Positions 36,197 to 51,100 of a DNA stretch of 64,000 bases are shown here, piece after piece. Both the position numbers and the translations under genes were made by a program. This DNA is from Botryllus schlosseri (lineage: Eukaryota), in contig CM119372.1 in the NCBI GenBank assembly GCA_051294905.1, positions 7,256,001 through 7,320,000 on the forward strand, read 5' to 3'. Numbering within the stretch: the stretch's first letter is position 1; every line of letters starts with the position of its first letter. Under the pieces are notes generated by a model that saw nothing but the letters and a program-made list of their open reading frames with translations, ran no database searches and had not been told where the DNA came from.

Positions 36197-39100
36197 TTAT
36201 CGCGTGGTTTGGAAGCGCCAGAAGTTACTTGCTTCTGGTTGTTTGTCTTCATTCTTTGGTTCGTCATGTTCCTGGTTCGACGTCTTGCTTTTACATGACT
36301 CCAGACGTATCATCTCATCTACAAAATGATGGTTTAAGTTCAGAACTTTTGCAATAAGTAACAGCGTTCATTTTGTTTTTCCGCTTTCGGTGGTGATAAA
36401 AGACCATATGTCAAAGTCTTGAACAAGAATATAAATACATTCTACACATTGAGCATGATATACCCTGTTGAATTATCAAGGTATACTGATTCGATATAGA
36501 GGGCCTAGCCGCTATGCCAGAAGTTCTTAATTTTTTTCTTCACTTCGGACCCGGGGGGGTTTCGCGTATCCCATTGGTGTACTAGTCCGTTTTGGTGATA
36601 CATAGTAAATTTAATCAACTTTAGAATTCAAATAGAATGTGTTGATGTCATCGCGGACGAAAGTAGGCAACCCTTATGTTGCATCCATATCAACACAATA
36701 CAATGAAGTCAGCCTATATTCCTTTCAACACGACTAGAGAAGCTTCATTATCGGCATCAGTGACTGCATGCACACTGCAGCCGTTCCTGTTCTGTGCTCA
36801 TTGTATATTACAAATAGCATTCTGTTATTGTATTTGTTGTCTCGTGGGGCAAAATAAAACCATCGGCTAAATTAAGTTCAGGTTCAAGAGGTTCACTGAT
36901 CAGTTTCTAGTTCAGCTCATGTTTAACCCACATCTTTTTGCAACTCTACGTGTGTGATATCGATCGGCTCGTAATACGTTAATTTCATTACTTTTAACAG
37001 TTTCTGGCCCTATTTTTCAAGTATCAGTACTGATAGACGAATTACAAATAATGTGGTAAATTGACTATTCATCGAAGGTACAATGGCCATCTGAGTCTCG
37101 ACTTAGTAGAGTCATGCGAAATGACTCGAGTACAAGTCGAGACATTGCACAAATTTACTCGTGTCTGGTAGGCTAGTCGATTCACCAAAATCGCTAGAAT
37201 GCTAGATCTGAGAAGCTGAGACATATTTTGATACGGGGTATAGGTATAGGTATGTGTTTAGGTATGTGTTTATATGCACACATGATATCCGCATATACTT
37301 AAGATATATAATCTAACCGCAGGATCTTCAAGGATCGGTCATATGCGATGATAATTTCCGAATCCATCCGAAGAAAGATTAGGTCTCGGTAAAAAAAAGT
37401 TTTTTGAGTCGCTCGCAAAATGCAATCGCTACATAAATAATTAAAATAGGCTAACTATTACATTGATCTGAGTAACATTGTGTATAATTAATGTATGGCA
37501 CTACACTCGAGAAGTTTCAATCAAATAAATTGAGGCATAGCAGATAACTTCTAGCTAAGCAACATCAAAGTTAACTCAAAATTTCCGAAGCATTTATTAG
37601 TTTCGAGATGTTATATTGACTCATAGACTACCTCTGAAACCTGTGATGCTAATGACCGTCAACCGATAGCTACTGTACTATACAAACAAGGTCTACTTAC
37701 TTCACCAAAACAAATATCCAGGATACTCTGATAAATCACAAGAAGTTAAACAAAATCACACAATAATCCGCGTCTACCTCAGACTGAAACGCAAGGTTCT
37801 AATTTATAACATTGAATGCCGTTGGTTATTGATTTCGAACCAAATATACAATGAAACCCACCGCATCTCAGTATGGCTATACAACTTTGGTCTCGTTAAC
37901 CAGTGAGCCCAGCCGCTGGTGAACAAAACCAATGCCGGGTAGGATTGCAACAACCGTGAAACCTTTGCCAAATCACTGTGGAGGCAACTAAGCACCATTC
38001 CGCGGTGACAACCACATAATCGTGAGTAGCAAAATTCCAAATTATCCGCTCAGGGATAATCACACGCTGGCTTAGAACCACTGAACTATACGTGGGTCAC
38101 GTACGCAAATGTTATTGCGAATTATGTAGAGAACTATCAGATATCAATTTACATCCGGGTGTCAAACATACGACCCGCGAAGCGATTTTGAGAATGGCTG
38201 TATTATCCACCACATTTCTGCCAAATGTTTAGATTGTTAGTACGAAATACTTTCATTAAAAAATGCCTGAAGACCTCAAATGTCGAGTATGTTCAATTGT
38301 TCACAGGTCACATTATAACCATGCGACAGTAGTGTTGTAGTTGCACTGTAGTTACCATCAACAAGTCACTGCCATTGATTTAACACCCAATCTCGAGACG
38401 GCAATAAGTGAACGCTGAGTTTGATGGAAAAATGGACCGAAAAGTAGTTATTCACAGAAGTGAAAACGTCCGATAGAAACCTGTATATGCAGGTTACACG
38501 GAGAATATAATTGTTTCACTAAATATAACTCAAATATAGGTGGTCACACTCCTTTTGTGCTTATGAGATGACTTAACAGCTCCTCGGCCGCTCTAGAGAA
38601 GCCCGAATTGCGATATAATAATAACGGTCCAAAATTCAATGTCAATGTTTACGGTTAAATATCTTGTATTTCTCACAACGCATATACAGGATTATTGCGA
38701 GATTACGACTAAAACAAAGCAAACAGCAACATGACAACGTAACTCGTCGTTAAGTCCACTGTTTTAGCAGTATATGTAATTGTATTCAACCGGCAATTCA
38801 TCGTAATTTTGCCAATTCGATTGTTTGCGAATAAAGGTGTTGACGTGACATATTGTAATCTAATATTATCTATATACGCTTGATAATTAAGTGTTCAAGT
38901 GCAAAACAAGGGCATTCATTTTGATGTACATTTTGGAATCTCGTCCGGCCCGCGAGCGGTTCGAAGGTTTGAATCCGGCCCGCGACGGAGGTTGAGTTTG
39001 ACACCCCTCCTTTACATTGTGCCGCAGTTGTGACGTATATACAACAATGCTGATTGACTTACTCTTTGCGTAAGCTTGGTGTGACTTTCCTTTTCCAGAC

Positions 39101-42100
39101 TTCCTTTTGTTGCATGCCTTGAAAAAGAGTGCTACGTCACTGCGCAGTCTCCCTAACATTGCTGTGTATATGAATGGGTTCAGGAGGCTCGAAATACAGC
39201 ACGTCATCTCCAATACTGTAACGATATTTGGCGACAGTGTCTCGGCGTAATACAATCTTTCATGAAACCCGCCTGCAAGAAGTCGATTAGTAAGCATGGC
39301 CTGGTTAGATAAGATTTGAAACCTGTTACTAACGTAAATAAACTGAAAGTTCATTTACTTGCCAGATGAATCATTCTATGAAAGTAATTTGGTGACACGA
39401 TGATACTTTGGAACTAAAACCTCTCGCATAGCTGCATATGAATTTGACTGCCCCACTTCACCCCAATTTTACACCGCAGAACTTCCGAAATATCGTATTT
39501 AAGTGAAATAGTCTTTCTTCACGTTACTCCGACATAATACGAAAATTAATCGCGATACGAACATTTGAAATCCTAACCCATAGGCACAAAACGTCGGGAT
39601 ATTTTCTCCACTTTCCGAAATTCACACCATCTCGCTATATCCACTATTGGTAATTATATTGTAAGAATCTTCCTACCTGCCTCTGTGGTAAAACTGAAGA
39701 TCACATACGGCAGTGTGGATATAGTTAAGCTTATCGTGATAATAGCAACGAACACGGACGAAGAATCGCGAGCGACTCCAATCCTACGCTGCAGTGTTAA
39801 AGTCACATTCCCACTCCCCGGCGCTACTGTCTGAATCAAAAGATGAATATTGGCCTCCCAATCTGCGTTAAAAGGGCTGTATGCACGAAGTGCCACCTTT
39901 TCAACAGTCGGCAGGATGAAGATCGTCGGCGAACTGCCAATGAGCATGATTGCCCAGGAGATTGTGATGCAGATGCTGAGCGCCAATATGTATGACCTAC
40001 TATTCGGCGGTTTCAAAAAGGAACACTCCATAATCCGATCTGTATTGAGATTGGGTTCTGTCAATTGCTGCGTTTCCATGCACGGCCGATGGGCCCATTT
40101 TCGAGAGATTCGGGCGACGAACGAGAGAATTTTGTTGCGCATCCACAGATTGCACACCCACGTCGGCCGACTCGTCGGCCATCGACGCATCGAGTGAATC
40201 CTTCGGCTTAGCCCTTCGGCCATGCTTGCGCTGTGTTTTGGATTAGCGAATTGGTATTCGCTACTTATAATACTCTTTTCGTATCAAATTAACTATGGCG
40301 GCACTCCGGACGGATTTTGGACGCCTTGAAAAACCCGGAATTTAATTATGATTGCAATGGAATTTAGTAGTACCGGTTTTGGGGGTTTGTGTTCTGGTGC
40401 ATTGGTACAACACAAACTATACCGTTTGACCACAAACTAGGTGATCTTATTCACATTCCCCTTTTAAGCAAATCATCAACAGGACACTGGAAGTTCATGT
40501 CTGAATCATGACGACGAAACAGTAGTACCGGTTGACTACTGGATAAGTTACTATTCTGCACTCGAAATTATTGGACCATGATATCCCATATCTATATCCC
40601 CCACATACTAAGATATGCCACCAATTTTCATCTTTTTTCCATTTTATTTTATCTTCTGTTAGTTTTAAGCAATTGGTTCATCATGACCATGTAACATGAT
40701 GGATGGATTTAGGCCTACGTGTTCAAGGTCAAAGCGTGTTGTTTGACTGAATGACCGCTGTAACAGTAAGGCTGTGTCGTGCTGGAGCAGTAGGTAGCTA
40801 AACGACTTGCTGGTAGCTTGCTGTCTTAGGCGTTGATTCCTTAACTCACACGAGTTCACTCGGTCGGATGTATTGCAGAGAATGGTACGTCAGGCGCTGA
40901 GGTGAATCTCAGATCTCAAGGGCCGTTACAGAGAAAACGTGGGTTTTTATACCCGAAAATGCGTAACAATGAATGTGATTGTAATGCTTTAGCCCAGTGG
41001 TTCCCAAACTTTTTCGGTGACAGGGCCAAATTCTGAATTTCAGAGTACGGTCGGGGCCGCACGAATACCAGGGCAATGAAAGGAACCCAAAATCGTCACC
41101 AAAATATGAAAATATGCATTGGTCCGATCATTTGCTTGATGCCATTGGCGAATTGTGTTGCCGCGCTCCCGTTGTTCAGAACAATCAACCTTTGCTGGTT
41201 ATTTCGGAGCAGTTTTATTGCCCTGACGAGATTATAATTCGTATTTTTGGAAGCAGTGCGACACTTGCTTTCGATAAACACCGGCATATCAAATTATTCG
41301 AACGCTTTGGTCGCGAGCTGCAGGACTACCAATTATGCTGCTTTTTGTCGGCTATGCAGTACGCATCTCGGCGTATTCAATCGTGAGTCACTTGTTATAT
41401 ATCTATCCGTAAATTAGTTATCAATACCCAGGGCCGTAACAGCACTTCGCCAGGCCCTCCTAAAATGTTGCTCTTGGGCCTCCCATAGGGTGATAAACCG
41501 AACTTCGAAGCCCCCAGACCCCTCAGGTTAGATGGCTGTTTATCATCTAAATCGGGTGTCCGTTTTAGGAAGCTTCACCCGACTAATCGCGCGAAAAATT
41601 TATATAATTCATGATTGACTTGGTCAATATAATCGGGAATTGCATATATATATTGATATCAATTTTTATCCTCTCTCTGCTCACGTAATCAGATTGACCG
41701 GTTGAGTCGAGTGAGTTGTGTTTGAAAAGGTAGGACCTCAATAATAATCAAACATCTTCAGGCGTATATCCGTTGGCAGGAACGAAACAGCACTTCGCCA
41801 GACCCCATAAAACACTTAGGTCTTGAGCTCCCATAAGATGATAAACCGACCCCCCGTCCCGTTGCTCGCTTCTGTCACGAAATCAGGATCACCGTTTAGT
41901 GAGCCAGCGTGGAGCGCGAAAATTTTCGATAATTCAAAATAAAATAGGTCAATAAGTTCGGGAATTGCATATATATTGCTATCAATTACTTGTCCTCTCT
42001 GCTCACGTAATCAGATTTACCGGTAGAGCTGAGTGAGGTGTCTTGGAAACTGTAGGGCCCGCAAATAATAATTAAACATATTCGGACAGGCGGACCCGTT

Positions 42101-45100
42101 GGTACGACTTCGTTATATGATGTTATTTCATGACCTCCAGTCTGCTATATCAAAAATATAGATTCGGCCAAACATACTAAACTAAAAGATGCACACAATT
42201 TCAAATTAGTAATTCTTCACTGGCATATAATTCTTCCTTGCGGGATGGTAGCCTATTTGTCTCGTGAGGTTCAGATTGCCAAGACAGGAACATTCGGCGC
42301 CAGTCATTTAAGCGCCTATGGTCATTTGCCAATTATACCTATATTTATTTTGTAAATACATAACGAAGTTTTCGGTCAGCGTAAGGGCAGTCCTTTTCGG
42401 CCAAGGTTTTCTCGCTGCCGAACGTTCTGGCACACTTCTTGGAGTCGCATGTTACATAGCCTAAAACTTCATATGTATTCGTGCGTCGTGGCGCGGTAAT
42501 GGCCAACGCCGATATGGCCACTTCTATAAATCTTGCATATTTTATCTTGGTGGAAGAGTACCCAATAATTAAGGTACTTGGAAACTTGAAAATGTTTTGA
42601 AAAAGTTGCTGCTGGTACTGTTCGGTCAACTGGAAAGTTAGGGCACATTGCATTGAAACAGCAGTGACGTAATGTTAGCAGTCTACTCACAACTTTCCTG
42701 CAATCCTAATTGAAAACCCCAGACTCCAAGCCAAACAAGAGTATTTTACAAATATAATTTTTTCAATAAATCGATTTCTCAATATTTTTGTGGGGGCCGC
42801 AAGAAGGCTAGCTGGGGGCCGCACTTGGAAATCACTGCTTTAGCCAATGAGAACGGGTTGGTAAAGTTCTAGTAACAGGAAAAAGGCAGTACTCTAGCTA
42901 GGACTATGTTTGGCGTAACAATGCTTACGAAGCTTGCGCAACACTAGCAGAGATAGTAGAGTTCTACGAGTTGTTATGATATACTAAAATCCCAATACGA
43001 GCAAGGTATATTTCCTTCATAACGGATGCCTGACGTTAGCTAGGGACACTGGACCAAAAGGACTAGCGGTCCGCCACACCGCTACAAGTCATCTCGGCTC
43101 ATTCCTACCGAGTCATTTATCGCAATCTTGTGATCATTATGACATTATTACATAAAGTAAGCCAAAAACGTCATTGCGATCGCTTCGCCCACCTAGTTCG
43201 GCCAAGTCACGGTCGGATTACGCCTGCTCACGGAAACACGGCCGACATGTACAACGCATGCGTGATGACCTTTCGGCCGACCGTCGGTCGAGCATGGAAA
43301 CGAAGTAAATATGTGTAACAAGGTGAAATTGATGTATTTATATTGGACGTATTTCAAAGGTTACTCCAAAGAGCATTGAAGTAAAAATTCATTAGGAATA
43401 CAAAAGCAAAAACAATCATTTCTTCCCAGTGCTCACAAGCAACGGGACTTATATGGCGATGGATATTAGAATTATGAATTATTATTGTGATTATCAAATA
43501 CGACATAGCTTAACTGCGGTCGTGCAAATCTGATAAATCTGCATCTCATTCGTCAGGCGTGATTACGAGTAGGGCTGGGCACAATAATTCGAGTACTCTA
43601 ATCTGAATCGAGTATTAATTTTAATGATTCGAGTAGAGTAGTAAAAAACGATTTTTTCGAGTACAGAAATTATACGTTCCTCGCAACTGAAAGTTAATTT
43701 ACTAACGAGAATTATAGTTTTGATACTATTTTCCACTGAGGAAACCTTGAAACCTTGATGGGCTATACGAGCGTTACAGGAAATTACATATTTCCGAAGT
43801 CATGATCATCCTATAACATTGTCGACAAGTGCAATGAAATTAGTATTGGTCGAAAAAATACCAAAGTATCTTTAATGTGACGGATAACAGACATTAAGTT
43901 CTTTGTGGTGGCATAAAAGGTACATATTTGAACTTTGACATAATACTTTCTGTTGTTACGTCATAATGAGTGATACTCGAATACCCAACTCGACTCGAAG
44001 CGTAATACGTGATTCGAAGACGAATCACTCAGGAACTCGATTTTGCCCTGCCCTAATCACGAGTCCGTACACGATATCGAAAAAGACGTGATCATTCTTT
44101 TCGCTGACGTTCATCCCTTAATTTTTTCTTCACTTCGTATTTAGGGGCTCGGCCACAGGTGATCAGGGGGTTAGAATTCAACGTTACCAACTAGATATAT
44201 CTAATTCGTTTTGTATATCAAATTGATTTCATTTTTATGAGTTATTCAGTTTCTATATCTATATCAGTGCACTTGCAAAATCAATGCATGGAGGCATAAC
44301 ATCACGATTACGCTTACCAATTCACTGTTCTGAATTGTATGCGTCGCTAATTTTATAGCGTGTTGTTCACAAAAACTCGTTTTGTATTCTAAATAACTAA
44401 TATTGGGGTCACACACACACACTCACACGTCTAGCACGAACATCATCAGGTGCAATAAAGCTTTCGCAGAATTTTACTGGTTACCTACAAGAGGTTTTAT
44501 GTTGCAGCAATGGCGATTGTTTGTAACTTATTCCTCGGCAACAATTTTGAACGAAAAAAATTGATGACTTTGATTTTGAACATGATTTACGGTAATTTTT
44601 GCGTGCTGATTCCAAAAATACCGCTGGTTTTCTTCCATGACGTAAAGTTTTTGCTCTACGACATACGCCGAAAATATGCAAATTTTCACGAATTTACGTA
44701 TCTCACTTTCGATCAGGAGAAACAGTCTTTTCTTCGTAGGCCTACTTTCGGTAGCTTTGTGTATTGCCGTGATACTGGCATTGGCATGATACTGTTACCA
44801 TGGATTACTGGAGGAGTTAGGAATCCCGATTTACAACTCAAGTGAATGGCAAATGCCTATAGGTAGCTCAAACAGGATCCTAAAGTGTGGCCTTCTCCAA
44901 AGTGGCAACGTCCTAGGTGCATTAACAATTGCACACTCAGTAAGTATTCGTGAATAATAGAGAAAATTGAATTGCTGCAATATCACGAGCACGATTGGAT
45001 CATATGTGTCAGCTTCGCAATATTCTGCTTTCTTATTGGTCAGACAACAAGGATGCACGTGTAATCCCGATACTCATGTGTCACTGCCATATGTCCAAGT

Positions 45101-48100
45101 CGGACAGCAGACATTCTAAAAAGCTAAAATATCTAAATTGTTTACCCGAAAATCATGACATACATATATAGTCGGAGATGGGCAAGGAGAATATGTTCAC
45201 AACATCTGAAGATGACGGGGGTAAGATACCAGAGTAGATTGGAGCTGACATATGTTAGCTGACTATTATTGCTCGAATATCAAACAAGACAACCTATATA
45301 GAATGATGGGTTATTAGCGTAAATTTGGACCCTGAAACTCGCACTTTATTTGACCTGTAGAAGCAATATCAGTTCAAATCAACCAAATAAAATAGTGCAA
45401 ATATTTATTTGAAGTCTATTGATTTACTTCGGCCTGCTTTTTAAAATATTTTATAGAATAAACACAAAATATTGAAAGTCGTGCTATTAGGTGGGTTATG
45501 GGACAATGTGGTGGGTAACAAACCGAAAAACTTGACGTGGTGGATAAAAACGGAAGTCATTTTAGAATTCAGCGCCCAAAAGTTAGTCAAAAGCAATTGT
45601 CTGATCAAAGTCAACAAAAATTGTGTTGACCAGTGTTATCATACGTCCCAGGGTATACTCTCAAATAACCAAATAGCTTGTCCGTGACATCCGGCATATC
45701 CCTCTAGTAAACTTAAAGTAACGACTAAATGTAATAACTAGAGCTAGAAGAAAATGCTACCGTAATTATCTAGACGTCGGATTGACGTCTGTTCAGAAAA
45801 ATATCAGCAATTATACCCCAGCCATTGGTTTTCTTGACATATGGGTCGTCACTATGTTTCCTGGGGCGCCTTAACTTGCAATAAAAAGTCCTTACTATAC
45901 TTTATTGGAGGAATCATTTGTAGGGGTTGAATAGAGGAATTTTAGGTTGTGGAAAAAATCAAAAGTGGGGAATGAAGCCAAAAAGGTTGGGAACCACTGT
46001 TCTATATTGTTTAGTGATCATTACTCAAATGATTCGACGGCACAGATATAGCCTATATATCGTCGCCGTGGAATCAGCGTAACTTGCGTAGCGTTGCATT
46101 TAAAACAAATAGTTGTCTAAACCAGTGCTCTTCAACCTTTTTCGTCGTGGTACACCCTTTTAACATTTTCTCAAAACTCGTACACCCCTGACCGTATAAT
46201 ACACCGATAACGCCGAAAGCCGCATTTTGATTACATATACAATACGTCCGGATTCCAACGGGGATTCGCCATGGCGCATGGACGACAAATGCTCATATGA
46301 AATTTGATACTGGGAACTTAACACCACGGAGAGCCCTTGTGGTGTTCTGTGCCTTCACTTATTTTTTGAGATATGCAATGCGCAAATTTTCTTACTGTAG
46401 AAGCAAAACATCCCAGCTGGCTTACAATATATAATTTATGTACCAAAATCGCGAGTATAAATGTCAAGAAAAGACACTAGGATTATGTGTGTAGTCGCGC
46501 AGAGCGCGAAAATTTTTCCCCTTGAATGGATTTCATCGAAAATGTTGGTAGTTTCACATATTATTGTCAAAAATTTATTAATTCTCAGCTCACGTGATCA
46601 GATTAACCCGTAGAGCTGATGGAGGGTGTTTTCGAAAATATTGGGAACAATATTAATGATGATGCATCTTGCGGTTCCTATTAATCACTTAGTTGCATGT
46701 TGTTATTTCTTGGCCTCCCACCAGGATTGTTTGTATTGTTATTAATAATAGTTTATTACACAGCAATGACAGTGGTGCTAATCGCCTGATTAGAATTTGT
46801 GCGCCACGACAGTGCATTTCCTAAAGTTTAGTATTTTTGCTATGGGTAATGAGGACGACTTTTGCTTGCACGCGCACTCCCATTCTTCATTCTCTCTCGC
46901 TAACGTGCGTCCACTTTCAGGACTTTGCTGCTGACTTTGAAGCTCGGTTAACTCTTCTTCTGGGCTTTTCAAGACGCTACGTTAACATGGGGTCGGCGGC
47001 GAGGAGCCTAGATAAACCTCCGACACAGAGAAACATGGCAGAGCCGAGACTAGAACCAGCAACAATTGGTTACATAATGACGGCCACCAACACACGCTAA
47101 TTTAAATATGTGTAGAAGATCGCAAAATTATGGTTATGCGGCTGAATGAGGCCGTACGTCCGCAGGTTGAGCACCCCTGACGTAGCCGAAATAAGGATGG
47201 ACATTTGAGCAAGGCTGCAACGTATAGTAAATGATAATACGAATAAGGGCTCGAGGTTACTGGACCACCATCTAACGCAGTGGTTCGCAAACTCGACCCC
47301 GTGGCTGCGTAAGTAGGCTATGTAATCTGCACTATACATAAGCTGGCCGCAGGAAGCACAAATTCAAAATGTCCGAGATTTAGCGGTGGTTTCCTCGAGA
47401 ATCATCAGACAGATATCGCAAGCTGAACACATGCTAACTCCACCCTGCTCTACTCGAAAAGGAAGTAATAAGTCCATTACCAAAGGTTGAATGATTAGAA
47501 ACATTTGCTTATGACATTACATTGTACGATATTACACATCCAGTCATTCTGTTTTGAAGCATAAACTGGCGTATTTTTGTGATAGCTATAGTCATCGTAT
47601 CATCGGTTCATCATAATGTGGATCTGGTACACCCCTGTACACCCCATCCGAGTGGTACACCCTTTGAATATTCTGGTACACCCTAGGGTGTACGACAACC
47701 CCGGTTGAAGAGCACTGGTCTAAACACTTTGTTTAAAGCATGTTTTAACAGTGTTCTAAACTAAGGCCTTATTTTAAAAAATAAAATTGTGTTTCTTTTA
47801 AGTTGTAAAATTATGCCGTAACTGTGTAAATACTTTACAAAAATATGTTGTATTAGCCTACGGACAATTATCCCCCGATGTAGCTGGCCTATATCGATAT
47901 GGGATGGTTGGAACCCTCAAAATAGTCGGTTCAACAGCTATAGTACAGATATTTCGTCAAAGAAGCTGTATTTATCCTATATTTTTAATTGTCAATTTCA
48001 ATCCACTATGGCCTCACAATTGAACATTCGTGACGTCATGGCTTGAAAAACATGTTTAAAACATGTCAGTTTTAAATTGATTTTTGTTTTAAATGCAACC

Positions 48101-51100
48101 TTAAACTTATGTCTATTTTTCAAATTTTGAGATCCATTTTCAAATTCTAAGAAAATCCAGGTTTTGTAGCATTTTCATTTTTTCGATCAAATGTTGGCCA
48201 TGGTTAATGATTATGTTTGTTACATTGTTTCACAGTTTACCATGGCCAAGATATGGCCGAGAGAAAATTAAAATATTACGAAAAAATGATTTTCCAGAAT
48301 TTGAAAAATGAATCTCAAACTTTGAAAAATATACGTAAGTTACTCTGATTCCACAGTAAGCAAACTTACAAAAACTTGATTAGCAGAGGATGTGTATAAT
48401 GGACATACGCTATACTCTGATTCCATGGTGGTGGGTTGTCCAATTGAAAGCAGAGTCAGAGAACAGCAAACCGCGCGCGATATCTGCTCACCTGCTGCGA
48501 GACTCTTCGCCTCACTTGTGTTCATTCCAGACCCTTCGTGAATAGTGTAGCTGCCGTTGCCAGTTTCGCATCGAACGATGTGTTCATGGCAATGTATTTT
48601 TAGTGGTAGAATGATGAACGTGAAAGTAACAGTCCAAATGAATCCAATCAGTACCCGTGCGGTTGTAGGACTCCTGAATGATGGCATACCAGTCGCTGAT
48701 ACGCGACCCGTCTTATCCACCTCGATAGCAGCGGCCCTGGCTAATGCTCTGGTGTGAGTTGTTCGAATTACCTATGAGAGAACATGGAATTCCAAATAAT
48801 CCCGAAGTCTTCAGGATAACATTTTACAAGCTTACTATATTCAGTAGCGAAGCGCTGGCGAGCGACGCGAAACAGCTACCGTGCAACACGCCGATAATGA
48901 TGTTGTTGGCTAAATCTTTCAATTCATTCTTCACTAGGCTTTCGCTAAAGTGAGTGGAACCGTCGTTTAGAACCAAGGTCGGTGAATTTATATGCGCGGA
49001 CTTACCGGGGTCTATATGTTGACTATTATGTGAAAATCTATCCAAAACACCAAAATATATTTATCGATCAGAAGTTGTAGAAACATTTTCCATCCGAATT
49101 CGTATACAGGAGCAACGAGCATGAAAAGCATTTTTTCAGGCTCTCAATGCCACGATTACGTAGTCACTATGGCGTCAAAATGACATACCCATCTCAATGT
49201 GACAATTTTCCTGCCAGCAACATGCCCGTCCCTATCAACTGCTGGAAATTAGCCGCGTTATACACAGGTAATCTAAGTGGCACAAATATATTTTATATCC
49301 CTCGCCGAAAGAAAAATCAATGTCCTTGGGCGTAAGGTGAAAAAAACTCAAAAGCCCGAAGTGTGCCAAAGTAGTTTAACATAAAACACACAAACCTGCG
49401 ATCCGTTTTGATCTAATTTAACTGACAAGTATAGTCAAAGCGTGGGACAGTATTTCCAGTTGCGAAGAGCATTCCCATGTCACGTCCATTATAATTGTCA
49501 CGTATTAGAAAAGAACCAGGAAAGCGTGTCCAAAGCCGTGAATAATGTATCAAGTCATGTGGTGGTTACGGTTGTTGACTCCACGAATATTGGATTATTT
49601 TGCTAGCTTTTAAGATTGACTTACTTCTGTTTTTATTGAGCGCAGCAGTAGTGCAAAGCAATTGATAACAGGTCGTGGCGGTACTGTATTTACACCATGG
49701 GAATAAGTTACTATTGTTTCGTATTCCCCAGATATGACTCAACCTCGAGAGCATTGAAATTTCTTATTGTGTTAGAGGTCAATGTTTATCTGGTGTGTCA
49801 GAGGTCAAAACGTTTACACGTAAAACGTTCGTCATCACATTTAGTACACAACAGGGGTGGCCAACCTTTTTGCTATTCACGGCCGCATTTCGAATACTTA
49901 TGTATCCCACGTCCGCATTCCAGGGCATAGTCGTAATGAACTATATGGACGTCAAATACCCATGTTAAACTGTCCAGTCCATGCACATTTGCGGTCAACT
50001 CCTGACTAATGTTCTGTCATGTTCTGAACGGTGACTGGAATCGGTGCATTCGCACTAAGCGCAAAAATTTTTCACATTCACAAATGAGTTTCGTCATTAT
50101 TATTAGTTGTTTCACGTATTATTGTCAAATATGTATCCTATCTCAGCCCATGTGATCAGATTCACCGGTAGAATTGATGGAGGGGTTCACTTGTTTGCAT
50201 TCTGTTATATCTTCACCCCCCATCAGGATTGTCGGTATAGTGGGCGTATACTGGAATCGCCCCAACGTACCAGATTAATTAAAATCTCTCAAAAATTCGG
50301 GAGTCAATGCGTAAATTCAATTTGGATGTCCATTGTCGACGGCTGCCAACACGTACTAATTGAAATGCGTATCGAAGGCCGCTCAAATATCCTTCTACGG
50401 CCGCAAGTTGGCCACCACTGTTCTACAACATCTAACCTCGTGTTTGAAAACGAAGGTGTATCAGGGTTTAAATGGCATTTCTCAGGAGTCGGAATTCACT
50501 TCTAACACAATAAGGCTTCATATACTCTGTCGGACTCGAACCTGCCACTCTGGGTATTTATAGATCCTGATGTATATATTTAAAGGCCGTTAAAGTCGTG
50601 TTATATTGAAGGCCGTCAATCATGGTCAACTTACTTGACTGGCTATTGATTGTCGTTTATACCAACAACTGTTCGGCAATATTTGCAGGCACAATTGGCC
50701 CGATCAATACCCGAGCAGTGACAAAATTTGCAAGCACCGGCACCAATACCGCTCCCTTAAGATTGAACCTCTGTTGGTAAGTTCTAAAATGCATATATGT
50801 AGGGTTACGTTTATAACAAATCGTGTTCTAATACACACATGTTTAATGCATGATTTAGGCCAGGGGTCTCAAACGCGAATTTGTTTGCAGGCCAATTTCC
50901 TAGTTTTTCGTGACGCCGCGTGCCACAGCTTCATGGGCAATTGGGCAATGGGCATTCAATGTCTTTCCAAGTAAGAAAGTAGGCCTAATTTAACGAGACC
51001 ATGCAGAATGACATTCCACGCCAACCGTGGAAATGTGATTTACTGTGAAGCAATTCACGCCTGGTACGACAAAAAATCACATTTATAAATACTTGAATGA

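Noticed and set aside
40000..40223. N-terminal part of ORF 39654-40223 as a separate gene start
   Set aside because: Better explained as intron read-through upstream of the GPCR acceptor at 39997/39996
44740..44790. Plus-strand hydrophobic mini-exon LLSVALCIAVILALA*
   Set aside because: Lies inside a decayed Chapaev3-like element and has no supporting upstream exons
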